This document shows positions 28,117 to 36,863 of a stretch of DNA of 64,000 bases, piece after piece. The translations under genes were made by a program, and so were the position numbers. Origin of the DNA: Candidatus Zhuqueibacterota bacterium (GTDB taxonomy: Bacteria > Zhuqueibacterota > Zhuqueibacteria > Residuimicrobiales > Oceaniaggregativiventaceae); contig WJMF01000164.1 in assembly GCA_014728085.1 (NCBI GenBank), positions 1,418 through 65,417 of the forward strand. The letters are read 5' to 3'. The first letter of the stretch is position 1. Each line of letters starts with the position of its first letter. The notes beneath the pieces are model-generated. The model was not told the DNA's origin, did not search any database, and worked only from the letters and a program-made list of their open reading frames with translations.

Positions 28117-29127
28117 TCATATATTTAACAACAAACAAATATCGCTCTCTTTCGGATTTAACAATTCTATCTCTATGTTGAGATAGTACCACAATTTTTG
28201 ATTCATGAAGGGTGCCAGCTTGTACCAATCTTTTTCTGTTGTTACAATCCAGTGTAAACCGAGTCGCTCCGCACGGGATTCAATGGTTCTGATTTCTTCA
28301 GAACGGTAGTGGTGGTGGTCTTTGAACTGATATGATTTTGAAATATTTGCTCCAAGCGTTTCCAGCGTTCGAATGAAATTTTCCGGATTAGCGATGCCGG
28401 AAACGGCGACAATGTTTTGATCTCTCAGTTCGCTACAGGGAACTTTGCGGCTTGCGCTGACCAGATTCTTTACCGAATATGTAGCTCGTATACTCTTTTT
28501 CCGGGAAAACGGCAGCTGTTGATTTCGATTTTTAGAAGAATTTATCCATAAAATATCGGCTCTTTTCAGTGACCGTTTAGACTCCCGCAATGGGCCTGCC
28601 GGCAGAAGATAACCATTACCAAAATAATTCTGACCATTAAAGGTTACAACATCTGCATCGCGGTAGAGCCTCCGATGCTGAAAAGCATCGTCAAGCAGAA
28701 TGATATCGGGCTGAAAATCCCGTACCAGCGTTTGTCCACCGCGACAGCGGTCAGTATCGACCAAAATGGGCACACATAGTCGTTTTGCGAGCATGTACGG
28801 TTCATCTCCGGCTTTTTGCCAGGACTCGAGTATATCTTTACCATCGCAGACCAATAGTTGTTCCCGGCTTTTTCGTCCATAGCCCCGGCTCAGAATAGCG
28901 ATTTTTTTGCCCTGATCCATATAGTGTTTTGCCAAAAAGGCCACCGTTGGCGTTTTGCCGGTTCCACCAACTGTCAGATTGCCGACGCTAATAACCTTTG
29001 TCTTTAATTTGCATATGGGTAATATACGATGATCATACAGGAGGTTCCTGAAGACGGTAATAGCATGATAGATAGCCGAGAACGGCAACAATATGCAGGC
29101 CGGCCATTTTTTATTGAAAATATTCAT
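28117..29127 (-). CDS. lpxK: Tetraacyldisaccharide 4'-kinase
   Basis: The ORF is 28117..29229; the probable start is MNIFNKK (29127). P-loop VGNLTVGGTGKTP matches LpxK. Confidence 0.88.
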   Translation of the reverse strand: MNIFNKKWPACILLPFSAIYHAITVFRNLLYDHRILPICKLKTKVISVGNLTVGGTGKTPTVAFLAKHYMDQGKKIAILSRGYGRKSREQLLVCDGKDILESWQKAGDEPYMLAKRLCVPILVDTDRCRGGQTLVRDFQPDIILLDDAFQHRRLYRDADVVTFNGQNYFGNGYLLPAGPLRESKRSLKRADILWINSSKNRNQQLPFSRKKSIRATYSVKNLVSASRKVPCSELRDQNIVAVSGIANPENFIRTLETLGANISKSYQFKDHHHYRSEEIRTIESRAERLGLHWIVTTEKDWYKLAPFMNQKLWYYLNIEIELLNPKESDICLLLNI

Positions 29128-29764
29128 CCGCCTCCCGGTCCAACGCTTTGAGTGCATTCTCGACTTCAAGTCTGTATGGTTCCAATTCGGATATAGGAAT
29201 TTTGGGCGGAATGATGATAGGCCTGCCATAGAGCAGACAGACTCTGGAAAATGGCCAAAACAACATAAAGCGATCCCACGAAGTGAGGCATATTTTTTTA
29301 CGCGCTGAAAAGGTCAGGGGGAGGATACAGGCACCGGTTCGTTGTGCCAGCGCAACAACCCCCAGCTTAACGTGGTGTCTCGGACCTTTGGGGCCGTCAG
29401 GCAAGATGGTACACGTTTTACCTTTTTTAAGCAATGAGAGCATCTGACGAAAAGCCCGGCTTCCTCCGCGCGTGCTGGAACCTCTGACGGTTTGATATCC
29501 CAGCCTGTGCACGGTTTGGGCGATCATTTCTCCATCATGATGCTCGCTGACCATGGCGGTAATTCCCTGATATCGGTGTATATAGATCGGAATCAGCATT
29601 TTGCCATGCCACAGGATAGCGATTACGCCTCTCTTTTCTGCGATAGCGCGATCCCAGCGGTGGCGATATTTTACATGTATACGACAAACGTTGCCAAAGA
29701 ACAGTATTACAAGCCATGCTAGTTTTGTTGCAAGTATAAATAAAATTTTCTTTTTCTTATTCAT
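29111..29764 (-). CDS. DUF374 lysophospholipid-acyltransferase-like protein (LpxJ-type lipid A secondary acyltransferase family)
   Basis: 217 aa with N-terminal TM. The DUF374 family is typically found between lpxB and lpxK. Helicobacter LpxJ belongs to this family. Confidence 0.7.
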   Translation of the reverse strand: MNKKKKILFILATKLAWLVILFFGNVCRIHVKYRHRWDRAIAEKRGVIAILWHGKMLIPIYIHRYQGITAMVSEHHDGEMIAQTVHRLGYQTVRGSSTRGGSRAFRQMLSLLKKGKTCTILPDGPKGPRHHVKLGVVALAQRTGACILPLTFSARKKICLTSWDRFMLFWPFSRVCLLYGRPIIIPPKIPISELEPYRLEVENALKALDREADEYFQ

Positions 29765-29806
29765 GTTACAAATAAATCTAGGGTTATACTGTGTTAAAAA
29801 TCACAT

Positions 29807-30949
29807 TCATCCAATTCCATTGGACTTGATCATTTGTAAAGCAATATCCGCAGCTTTTTCTGCGGCACCGGGTTCGCCCAGCTTTTTTTTAATGCTCTTC
29901 AGTTTATCAATTGTTTTGGTTCTGTGGTTTTTATCATAGAGAAGAACCTCGAGATGTTTTGCCATTTTATCGCTATCGAGGTTCTGAACAAATTCCGTTG
30001 CTACTTTTTCTCCCGCGATAACATTGGCCAGGCCAATATAGGGCAGCTTGACCATGAGTTTGCCGATCAGATAGGTCAGGGGCGATACCCGGTATAGAAT
30101 CATAAACGGGGTCATTAGAAATGCGGTTTCGAGTGTCGCCGTGCCGGACGCCACCATAGCACTCCGGGCATATTTTACAAGAGAATAGGTGTCATTTTCA
30201 ACAATTGTACTTTCACTGTCGAGTTTACAGCAGGCCCTGATTTGGGACTTGCTAAGGGTTTCTGCTTTACCGATGCAGATTTGCAATTCCGGGTGTTTTG
30301 ATTTGACTTTTTTTGCGGTTTCGAACATGACCGGTAACAGGTTTTGTAGTTCCTGTTTGCGGCTCCCCGGCAACAGAGCGAGAACAGGGCGTTCGGCGTC
30401 CAATCGCCAGGTCTTGAAAAATTCATTCTTGTCGGTAAATGCGTTCAGGCTTTCGACGAGGGGGTGTCCGACAAAATCGGTAGGCAGGCCGTATTTTTGA
30501 AAGAAATCCGTTTCAAAGGGAAAAAGAACGGCCAGTCTGTCTATATATCGGGCCATTTTGGCTGCCCGGTGTTGTGCCCAGGCCCATACCTGCGGAGCGA
30601 TAAAATAAAAAACAGTGCACCCCATTTTTTTTGCTTTTTTAGCAAACCGTAAATTAAAGCCGGGATAATCGATCAAAATGACCAGATCCGGTTTTTCGGC
30701 TTTTATTTGATCCACCAGGTCATAATAAAGACGCCGGAAAAAAAAGATGTGACGGGCTATTTCAACCAGACCGATATAAGCGAGGTCATTGATATGATAA
30801 ATCAGCCTCATGCCGGCCTGTTGCATGCGATTACCACCGACTCCGAACACTTTCAGGTCCGGTTCTTTTTTTAAGAGTGCTTTAATCAGCGCCTCGCCGT
30901 GGAGATCTCCGGAGGCTTCGCCGGCAACAATCATGATTTTTTTACTCAT
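29807..30949 (-). CDS. lpxB: Lipid-A-disaccharide synthase
   Basis: The ORF extends to 31039; the likely start is MSKKIMIVAGEASGDLHG (30949). LpxB N-terminal signature. About 380 aa. Confidence 0.9.
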   Translation of the reverse strand: MSKKIMIVAGEASGDLHGEALIKALLKKEPDLKVFGVGGNRMQQAGMRLIYHINDLAYIGLVEIARHIFFFRRLYYDLVDQIKAEKPDLVILIDYPGFNLRFAKKAKKMGCTVFYFIAPQVWAWAQHRAAKMARYIDRLAVLFPFETDFFQKYGLPTDFVGHPLVESLNAFTDKNEFFKTWRLDAERPVLALLPGSRKQELQNLLPVMFETAKKVKSKHPELQICIGKAETLSKSQIRACCKLDSESTIVENDTYSLVKYARSAMVASGTATLETAFLMTPFMILYRVSPLTYLIGKLMVKLPYIGLANVIAGEKVATEFVQNLDSDKMAKHLEVLLYDKNHRTKTIDKLKSIKKKLGEPGAAEKAADIALQMIKSNGIG

Positions 30950-31946
30950 CAATGTCCTCGGGGGATATGGTTTTGAACTGTTGGGAGATGATGTTGACGA
31001 TTTGAGTGGCCACTTTAAGTGCCTTGAGGCCATCCTCACCGCTGACGACCGGCTTTGTCTGGTTCTTTATGGCATGAAAAAAATGTTTCCATTCTTCCTG
31101 CATGGCATCAGTTTGCGGAATTTGCAGACGGTTAAAGAGAATTTGCCGTTTCCTTTTCGCCTGTTCGATCTGTCCGAGTATCATACTGTTCGAGGTTACA
31201 TCTTTATCCGAATCAACCAGTTGAATGATTTCAGAGGAGCGTTGTAAAAAATCGACAGAGATATAAGCGTCGCGCTGGAAAAGACGAATTTTTCTCATTT
31301 TTTTCTGGGAGATTCGACTGGCTGTGAGATTGGCAACGCAACCATTTTCAAATTGTAATCTGGTGTTCGCGATATCGATTTGATCGGACACGACGGCGAC
31401 ACCATTGGCATCAACTCTTTTCACATCACTCTTTACCATGCTCAGTATAATATCTATATCATGAATCATCAAATCCAATACAACAGCGACATCAGTACCT
31501 CTTGGAACAAACGGAGCCAGCCGATGTGACTCGATAAACATGGGTTGCAGAAAAACATCGTTGAGTGCGAGCATGGCGGGATTAAACCGCTCAATATGTC
31601 CTACCTGCAAGCGTACGTTTTCCTCTTTTGCCAGTTGAACCAGTCTCTTTGCCTGATCGATGTTCTCGGCAATCGGTTTTTCCACAAAGACATGTTTTTT
31701 CGCTTTGATTGCAGCAAGAGCCACCTCAAGGTGAAATGATGTTGGAACGATGACGCCGACGATATCGACATGTTTGAGAAGCTCTTCATAGCTTTCAAAG
31801 GCTTTACAGCGATAAGTTTTGGCAATTTTTTTACATCTCTCGCCATCTGTGTCGTATACACCGACAAGGTTTGCCTGTGTCAACTGCGTGATTGCATTGC
31901 AATGATAATTACCCAGTTTTCCCACACCGACGATTCCGACATTCAT
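30942..31946 (-). CDS. Gfo/Idh/MocA-family NAD(P)-dependent oxidoreductase (GnnA-like candidate)
   Basis: Start ATG 31946 (ATGA overlap with the upstream GAF gene). Rossmann motif GIVGVGKLG and EKP motif VFVEKP. Its 3' end overlaps the lpxB start by 8 nt. Confidence 0.8.
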   Translation of the reverse strand: MNVGIVGVGKLGNYHCNAITQLTQANLVGVYDTDGERCKKIAKTYRCKAFESYEELLKHVDIVGVIVPTSFHLEVALAAIKAKKHVFVEKPIAENIDQAKRLVQLAKEENVRLQVGHIERFNPAMLALNDVFLQPMFIESHRLAPFVPRGTDVAVVLDLMIHDIDIILSMVKSDVKRVDANGVAVVSDQIDIANTRLQFENGCVANLTASRISQKKMRKIRLFQRDAYISVDFLQRSSEIIQLVDSDKDVTSNSMILGQIEQAKRKRQILFNRLQIPQTDAMQEEWKHFFHAIKNQTKPVVSGEDGLKALKVATQIVNIISQQFKTISPEDIDE

Positions 31947-32413
31947 GTTACTTTTCCTTTCCATATGGATTTCAACAGCTCTGTAATTTTTTCCAGGTCC
32001 TCTTCGTCTTGACGATTAAAGTCATTAAACGCATCGCTATCGATGTCCAGCACCGCTTTGATTTGATTTTGATGATCCCGAACCGGAACGACGATTTCTG
32101 ATTTTGATCTTTCGTCACACGCCACATGGCCGGGAAATTCATGGACATTTTCAACGATGATGGTCCTATTCTGTTTAGCGCATTCGGCACAGACTCCTTT
32201 TTCCAGATTGAGCTTCACACAAGCGGGAGAGCCCTGAAACGGTCCCAATAGCAAATGATCCTTTTTTACAAAGTAGAATCCCACCCAAAAGAAATTCAGA
32301 GAATCTTTTAGAATCGCGGCCGTATTGGCCAGTGTCGAAACCGTATTAATGTGCCTTAAAACCTGGGCGCGAATTTTTTTACGGGCCCAACCATATTTAT
32401 CATTTCTGTTCAT
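31943..32413 (-). CDS. GAF-domain protein (free methionine-R-sulfoxide reductase / YebR family)
   Basis: 156 aa with a conserved Cys pair (ACVKLNLEKGVCAEC), typical of fRMsr GAF proteins. Confidence 0.75.
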   Translation of the reverse strand: MNRNDKYGWARKKIRAQVLRHINTVSTLANTAAILKDSLNFFWVGFYFVKKDHLLLGPFQGSPACVKLNLEKGVCAECAKQNRTIIVENVHEFPGHVACDERSKSEIVVPVRDHQNQIKAVLDIDSDAFNDFNRQDEEDLEKITELLKSIWKGKVT

Positions 32414-32925
32414 TCTTTCCTCTGCATGGAATCTGTTTTCAGGATTTTACGGATATGGGGAATCAACCCACCATGATTAAAGATATCGATAATTTCTTCG
32501 GGCAAAGGGGGAAAATGATATTCGACGCCTTTGTGGACAACAATACCGCGATCCAGTCTGATTTCAATCCGTTCTCCTTTGTTTAGCTGGTCATATAATT
32601 GAGGTAAGACCAGAGCCGGTAATCCGGCATTGATACAATTGCGGTAATACAGTCTGGAGAAAGACTTTGCGATCACCGCACCTACTCCGGCATATTTCAG
32701 GCAGAATGCTGCTTGCTCTCTCGAACTGCCACAACCGAAATTTTTGCCGCCCAGCACGATATCTCCGTTTTGCACCAGGGTACTAAACTCGGGATCGAGA
32801 TCTTCCAGGGCTAATTTTGCCATCTCCCCGGGATCAGTAACGGTATAGGTATATTTACCCGGAAAAATGACATCTGTATTGATATTGTCGCCATATTTCC
32901 AGATTCTACCCGTGATTTCAGACAT
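32410..32925 (-). CDS. leuD: 3-isopropylmalate dehydratase small subunit (aconitase-family swivel domain)
   Basis: The ORF extends to 32967; the likely start is MSEITGRIWKYGDNI (32925). LeuD-type swivel domain. 8-nt overlap with leuC. Confidence 0.85.
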   Translation of the reverse strand: MSEITGRIWKYGDNINTDVIFPGKYTYTVTDPGEMAKLALEDLDPEFSTLVQNGDIVLGGKNFGCGSSREQAAFCLKYAGVGAVIAKSFSRLYYRNCINAGLPALVLPQLYDQLNKGERIEIRLDRGIVVHKGVEYHFPPLPEEIIDIFNHGGLIPHIRKILKTDSMQRKE

Positions 32926-34189
32926 GTTTCCCTCCGCTTGATTTGATAAAGTCCCGGCAGTCTTCAATTTGACCGGTTAATGCAGACACTGCGGCGGTTA
33001 GTGGGCTGCTCAGAAAAATCTCACTCTCTTTGCAGCCAAAGCGTCCCTTGAAATTCCGATTGGAGGTGCTCAGAGTAACCTCTCCGGGAGCAAGAACACC
33101 CTGGTGATTTCCCATACAGGGTCCGCAGCCGGGATTTACCAGCACGGCACCGGCCTCGATCAAATCTTTTATATAACCGGCTTGCAGAGCTTGCAGATAT
33201 ATTTGATTGGACGCGGGTATAACAACCATTCTGAGATGGTTGTGAATTTTTTTATTGCGCAAAACATCTGCGACGATTTTAAAATCTTCAAGCCGGGCGT
33301 TTGTACAAGAACCGAAAAAGATTTGATCGATTTTGGTGCCTTTTACCCGGCTTGCCGGTTTGACGTTGTCTACTGTGTGGGGACAGGCAATTTGAGGTTC
33401 CAGATCACTAATTTCAAATTCATAATTTTCCTCAATACGAGCATCCGGATCGGAATATTGCGGCTTGTAATGAACGCGGGCCCGGTTTTTCAAATAGGCA
33501 GCGGTTTTAGCGTCGGGCTCTATATGGCCATTCTTGGCTCCCATTTCCACAGCCATATTTGTCAGAACCATACGGCCGGCGATACTCATTTCTTCGACCA
33601 CGGGGCCGGCAAACCACACGGATTTGTAGAGAGCACCGTCGGCCTTGAGGTCTCCGATAATTTTGAGAATAATATCTTTTGCGGATATTGCTGCCGGGAT
33701 TTTTCCTTTTATCGTTATTTTTATCGTTTCCGGCACCCGAAACCAAATTTTACCGGTGGCAAAAATAGCCGCCATTTCACTGCGACCGATACCGGTGGCA
33801 AAGGCCCCAAACGCACCATAAGTGGTGGTATGCGAATCACTGCCGACTATTATCTTTCCGGGTAACGCGAATCCTTCTTCACAAATCACCTGATGACAAA
33901 TACCCCGATCTATATCATAAAAGTGATCGATTTTTTGTTCTTTAATAAACTCTCTTATCTCTTTATGATTTTGAGCGAATTTTTCATTCGCAGCGGGGAC
34001 GCAATGATCGAGTATGACAATATGGCGGTCAGGCTTGTCGATTTTTTTAATGCCGATCTGTCTGAAGGTTTTGGCGATTGCTGCAGTATTATCGTGGCTC
34101 ATTGCAAAATCCGGTTTAATCTCCAGAATTTCACCTGCAGAAACAGATCTTTCCCTGCTTAATATCTTTTCTACAAATGTTTTTGCCAT
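32918..34189 (-). CDS. leuC: 3-isopropylmalate dehydratase large subunit (short / archaeal-type aconitase family)
   Basis: 423 aa. Aconitase catalytic-domain motifs and Fe-S Cys ligands (GSCTNARLED, CGPCMG). Confidence 0.88.
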   Translation of the reverse strand: MAKTFVEKILSRERSVSAGEILEIKPDFAMSHDNTAAIAKTFRQIGIKKIDKPDRHIVILDHCVPAANEKFAQNHKEIREFIKEQKIDHFYDIDRGICHQVICEEGFALPGKIIVGSDSHTTTYGAFGAFATGIGRSEMAAIFATGKIWFRVPETIKITIKGKIPAAISAKDIILKIIGDLKADGALYKSVWFAGPVVEEMSIAGRMVLTNMAVEMGAKNGHIEPDAKTAAYLKNRARVHYKPQYSDPDARIEENYEFEISDLEPQIACPHTVDNVKPASRVKGTKIDQIFFGSCTNARLEDFKIVADVLRNKKIHNHLRMVVIPASNQIYLQALQAGYIKDLIEAGAVLVNPGCGPCMGNHQGVLAPGEVTLSTSNRNFKGRFGCKESEIFLSSPLTAAVSALTGQIEDCRDFIKSSGGKHV

Positions 34190-34192
34190 ATT

Positions 34193-34732
34193 TTATTCCT
34201 CACGGAGAAGATTTAATGTTCGAATGACCCGATAAGCCGGGTGGTTGTTGTTTTTATAGGCTTTTGAATGATGCGTTGCCGGATAGTTGTGATTTCTTTG
34301 CTGTTCGCAATAGTCCAGCCACTTTTCAGCATTATAGTTGATTTTTCCGGCTTTGGACAAAGTATAAATATCCTGCAGTCGCTGTTTAAAAAGCAGCATT
34401 GAATGTTTTCCCTGCAGGGTGTTGACGAAGAGTGTCCAAACCCGATCCAGCGACACTCCTGCTGCTTTTACAGGGCGCAGATTGAGACGAACATATTCAT
34501 GCGTAAGGGATAACGGTTCAATCAGGGGCTCCTGTTTGTTTTCTTTCATCTCTTTCCATTCCAGGCGCAGGGCTTCAAATGCCCGGTGTTTGTTCTGCAA
34601 TAAATGTTCGGCTCCAAAGACACCCTGATAGAGCATTTTATAAATATCCTGAAATTCCAATATCTGGTGTACCGAGTGGTGATAGCCAAGCAGATCTTTG
34701 AGATCGACGGGTTTATAGAGTGTATTGATCAT
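34193..34732 (-). CDS. Hypothetical protein (179 aa)
   Basis: ORF tightly packed between hemW and leuC. No recognisable motifs. Confidence 0.5.
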   Translation of the reverse strand: MINTLYKPVDLKDLLGYHHSVHQILEFQDIYKMLYQGVFGAEHLLQNKHRAFEALRLEWKEMKENKQEPLIEPLSLTHEYVRLNLRPVKAAGVSLDRVWTLFVNTLQGKHSMLLFKQRLQDIYTLSKAGKINYNAEKWLDYCEQQRNHNYPATHHSKAYKNNNHPAYRVIRTLNLLREE

Positions 34733-34775
34733 CTGGTACTAATATATTAAAATTATTTCAAAAGCACATTTTTTT

Positions 34776-35963
34776 TTAAAGCAAAAAAGAGACAATTTCC
34801 GAACATATAGTATCATAAAGTAAAAGTCCGTTGAGGGTCAGGTACAAGCTGTTACCATTGTGGCTGAGACAGCGATTGTTCTCTGAAAGCGAAAAGGGTG
34901 GTGTAGAGTCGTCGAGACCGTTCCAGTTTTTGGACAGGGGTTGCAGGGATTGCAGTAGATCCTGGGCATAGGACTCTTTCCAGCGCTGCAAATCAATGCC
35001 ACTTTTTTGGCGCAGTCCGAGAAAGATGGTTTCTATCTTTTGTTGATTTGTACTTGGTTGTTCACAGGACTCGAGGGGAGATTGATCACAATGCAAGCGG
35101 TTGGTGTAACGATTAATATCAGCGATATTCCAGCATCTGCGAAGGCCATCAAATGAATGAGCCGCGGGGCCAATTCCCAGATAGGGATTTTTTTGCCAAT
35201 AATTTTGATTATGTACGGATTCTTTTCCTGGCAGGGCAAAATTTGAGATTTCATAATGTTCATAGCCGGCATTTTTCAGCGTCCCGGCTGCATATATATA
35301 CATCTCGCGTTCCAATTCTTCATCGCACGGCATCACTTTATTTTTTCGCAGCGCTTGAAACAGAGGTGTTTCCTCTTCAATGGTCAAACCATATACGGAA
35401 ATATGATCGGGGTTAAGTGAAAGCGATCTGGAGAGATTGGATTTCCAAGTTTTCATGGTTTGACCGGGGATGGCAAAAATAAGATCGATACCGACATCTG
35501 AAAAACCTGCCAGGCGGGCCTGCTTTATGACGGTCTCGGCATCCTTTTTGCTATGAAGACGCTGCAGCATCAGCAGGTCTTTATCGCAGAATGATTGAAC
35601 ACCGACAGATAAGCGGTTTATACCCATTCGGCGTAAATCGGAAAGCTTTTGCGATGATACGGTCCCGGGATTGATCTCGAAGGAGATTTGAGCTTCGGGC
35701 AACCGGTTCCATTTTTTTTTGAGAATGGAAAGGATATATTCTATAGACAGGGATTGCAGAACCGAAGGCGTGCCGCCTCCAAAATAGATGGATTTCAGAA
35801 TAAACTCTGGAGGAGGAAAAAGTAAACAATAGTGTTCAATTTCTTTTTGCAGTGCCAGCAAATAGTCATCGATACGGGTCAGATCTGTGGATGAATAGAA
35901 ATTACAATAGTTGCATTTTTTAAAACAGAAAGGCACATGGATGTAAAGAGAAAAGGTATGCAT
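34776..35963 (-). CDS. hemW: Radical SAM heme chaperone / coproporphyrinogen-III-oxidase-like protein
   Basis: CxxxCxxC (FCFKKCNYCNF) radical-SAM motif near the N-terminus. 395 aa HemN/HemW family layout. Confidence 0.85.
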   Translation of the reverse strand: MHTFSLYIHVPFCFKKCNYCNFYSSTDLTRIDDYLLALQKEIEHYCLLFPPPEFILKSIYFGGGTPSVLQSLSIEYILSILKKKWNRLPEAQISFEINPGTVSSQKLSDLRRMGINRLSVGVQSFCDKDLLMLQRLHSKKDAETVIKQARLAGFSDVGIDLIFAIPGQTMKTWKSNLSRSLSLNPDHISVYGLTIEEETPLFQALRKNKVMPCDEELEREMYIYAAGTLKNAGYEHYEISNFALPGKESVHNQNYWQKNPYLGIGPAAHSFDGLRRCWNIADINRYTNRLHCDQSPLESCEQPSTNQQKIETIFLGLRQKSGIDLQRWKESYAQDLLQSLQPLSKNWNGLDDSTPPFSLSENNRCLSHNGNSLYLTLNGLLLYDTICSEIVSFLL

Positions 35964-35965
35964 CC

Positions 35966-36697
35966 CTAGCGAATAATATTAAAAATTCGATTCCATCGGA
36001 TTTTTTCGCTCAAATCCCACAGGGGTACATATTTATCCCAGGACCAGTAGATCACCATGGCTTCTCCGACGATATTTTCCATCGGCATAAATCCCCAATA
36101 TCTGCTGTCCTGACTGTTATCCCGGTTGTCGCCGAGCATAAAAAGATGGTCAGGAGGAACGGCCACAGGACCATAATTTTGTTGTCGCGCGTTTTTGTTG
36201 GAATGTACCCGAATGGTATATTCGGCACCATTGTTGTTTATAATCCGGTAATAGTCAATATAAAACCCCTCTACCGGATCGAATTGGTTTTTGGCGATGA
36301 GGTTTTTTTCTCCCTCCGGCTCGCCGTTTACAAAGACGTTACTTCCTTTAATTTCTATCGTATCTCCCGGCACACCGATACAGCGTTTGATATAATCCAG
36401 GGATTCATCGAGAGGATATTTAAAAACAATGATCTGGCCGCGTTTCGGTTCTTTAAAAGCAGGAAATCGATAAGAGGGAAGTTTGATATCGACGAGCGGA
36501 ATGCGCTCCGGGGTCTTGGCACCATAAACAAATTTGTTCACCAGCAAAAAATCACCCACCAGCAGCGTATCTTTCATCGAGCCTGTGGGTATACGAAAGG
36601 CCTGAACCACCAGCATTCTCAGAATGAGTGCTGCGATAAGCGCAACTCCAAATGCTTCCGCATATTCGAATATGGCATTCCGTTTTTTGTTTTTCAT
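35966..36697 (-). CDS. lepB: Signal peptidase I
   Basis: N-terminal TM. GSMKDTL (Ser), KRCIGVPGD (Lys) and GDNRDNSQDSRYWGF (box E). Confidence 0.9.
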   Translation of the reverse strand: MKNKKRNAIFEYAEAFGVALIAALILRMLVVQAFRIPTGSMKDTLLVGDFLLVNKFVYGAKTPERIPLVDIKLPSYRFPAFKEPKRGQIIVFKYPLDESLDYIKRCIGVPGDTIEIKGSNVFVNGEPEGEKNLIAKNQFDPVEGFYIDYYRIINNNGAEYTIRVHSNKNARQQNYGPVAVPPDHLFMLGDNRDNSQDSRYWGFMPMENIVGEAMVIYWSWDKYVPLWDLSEKIRWNRIFNIIR

Positions 36698-36863
36698 CTC
36701 CAGTCCTCATTATAACAAAATGTGATATCATCTATCCGGAGTCAAGCCCGGATCTCTATAATTGATGTTCAACTCTTTTTTCCCGCCCGGTTCGATCGGG
36801 TTGAATCGTATCATTATCTGGTTTATAAAATTAAGCGCAGACGTTGCGATAATTGCAAACAAT

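Noticed and set aside
33104-33865. Long antisense ORFs nested inside well-supported genes. Examples: 33104..33865 in leuC, 36146..36715 in lepB, 13094..13786 in YfhO2, 43210..43755 in tricorn, 55181..55753 in ppiD, 60159..60770 in metK, 8881..9303 in YfhO1.
   Set aside because: Each lies entirely within a gene with strong family signatures on the other strand. None has motifs, an RBS or start context. Such ORFs are expected by chance in 45% GC DNA.
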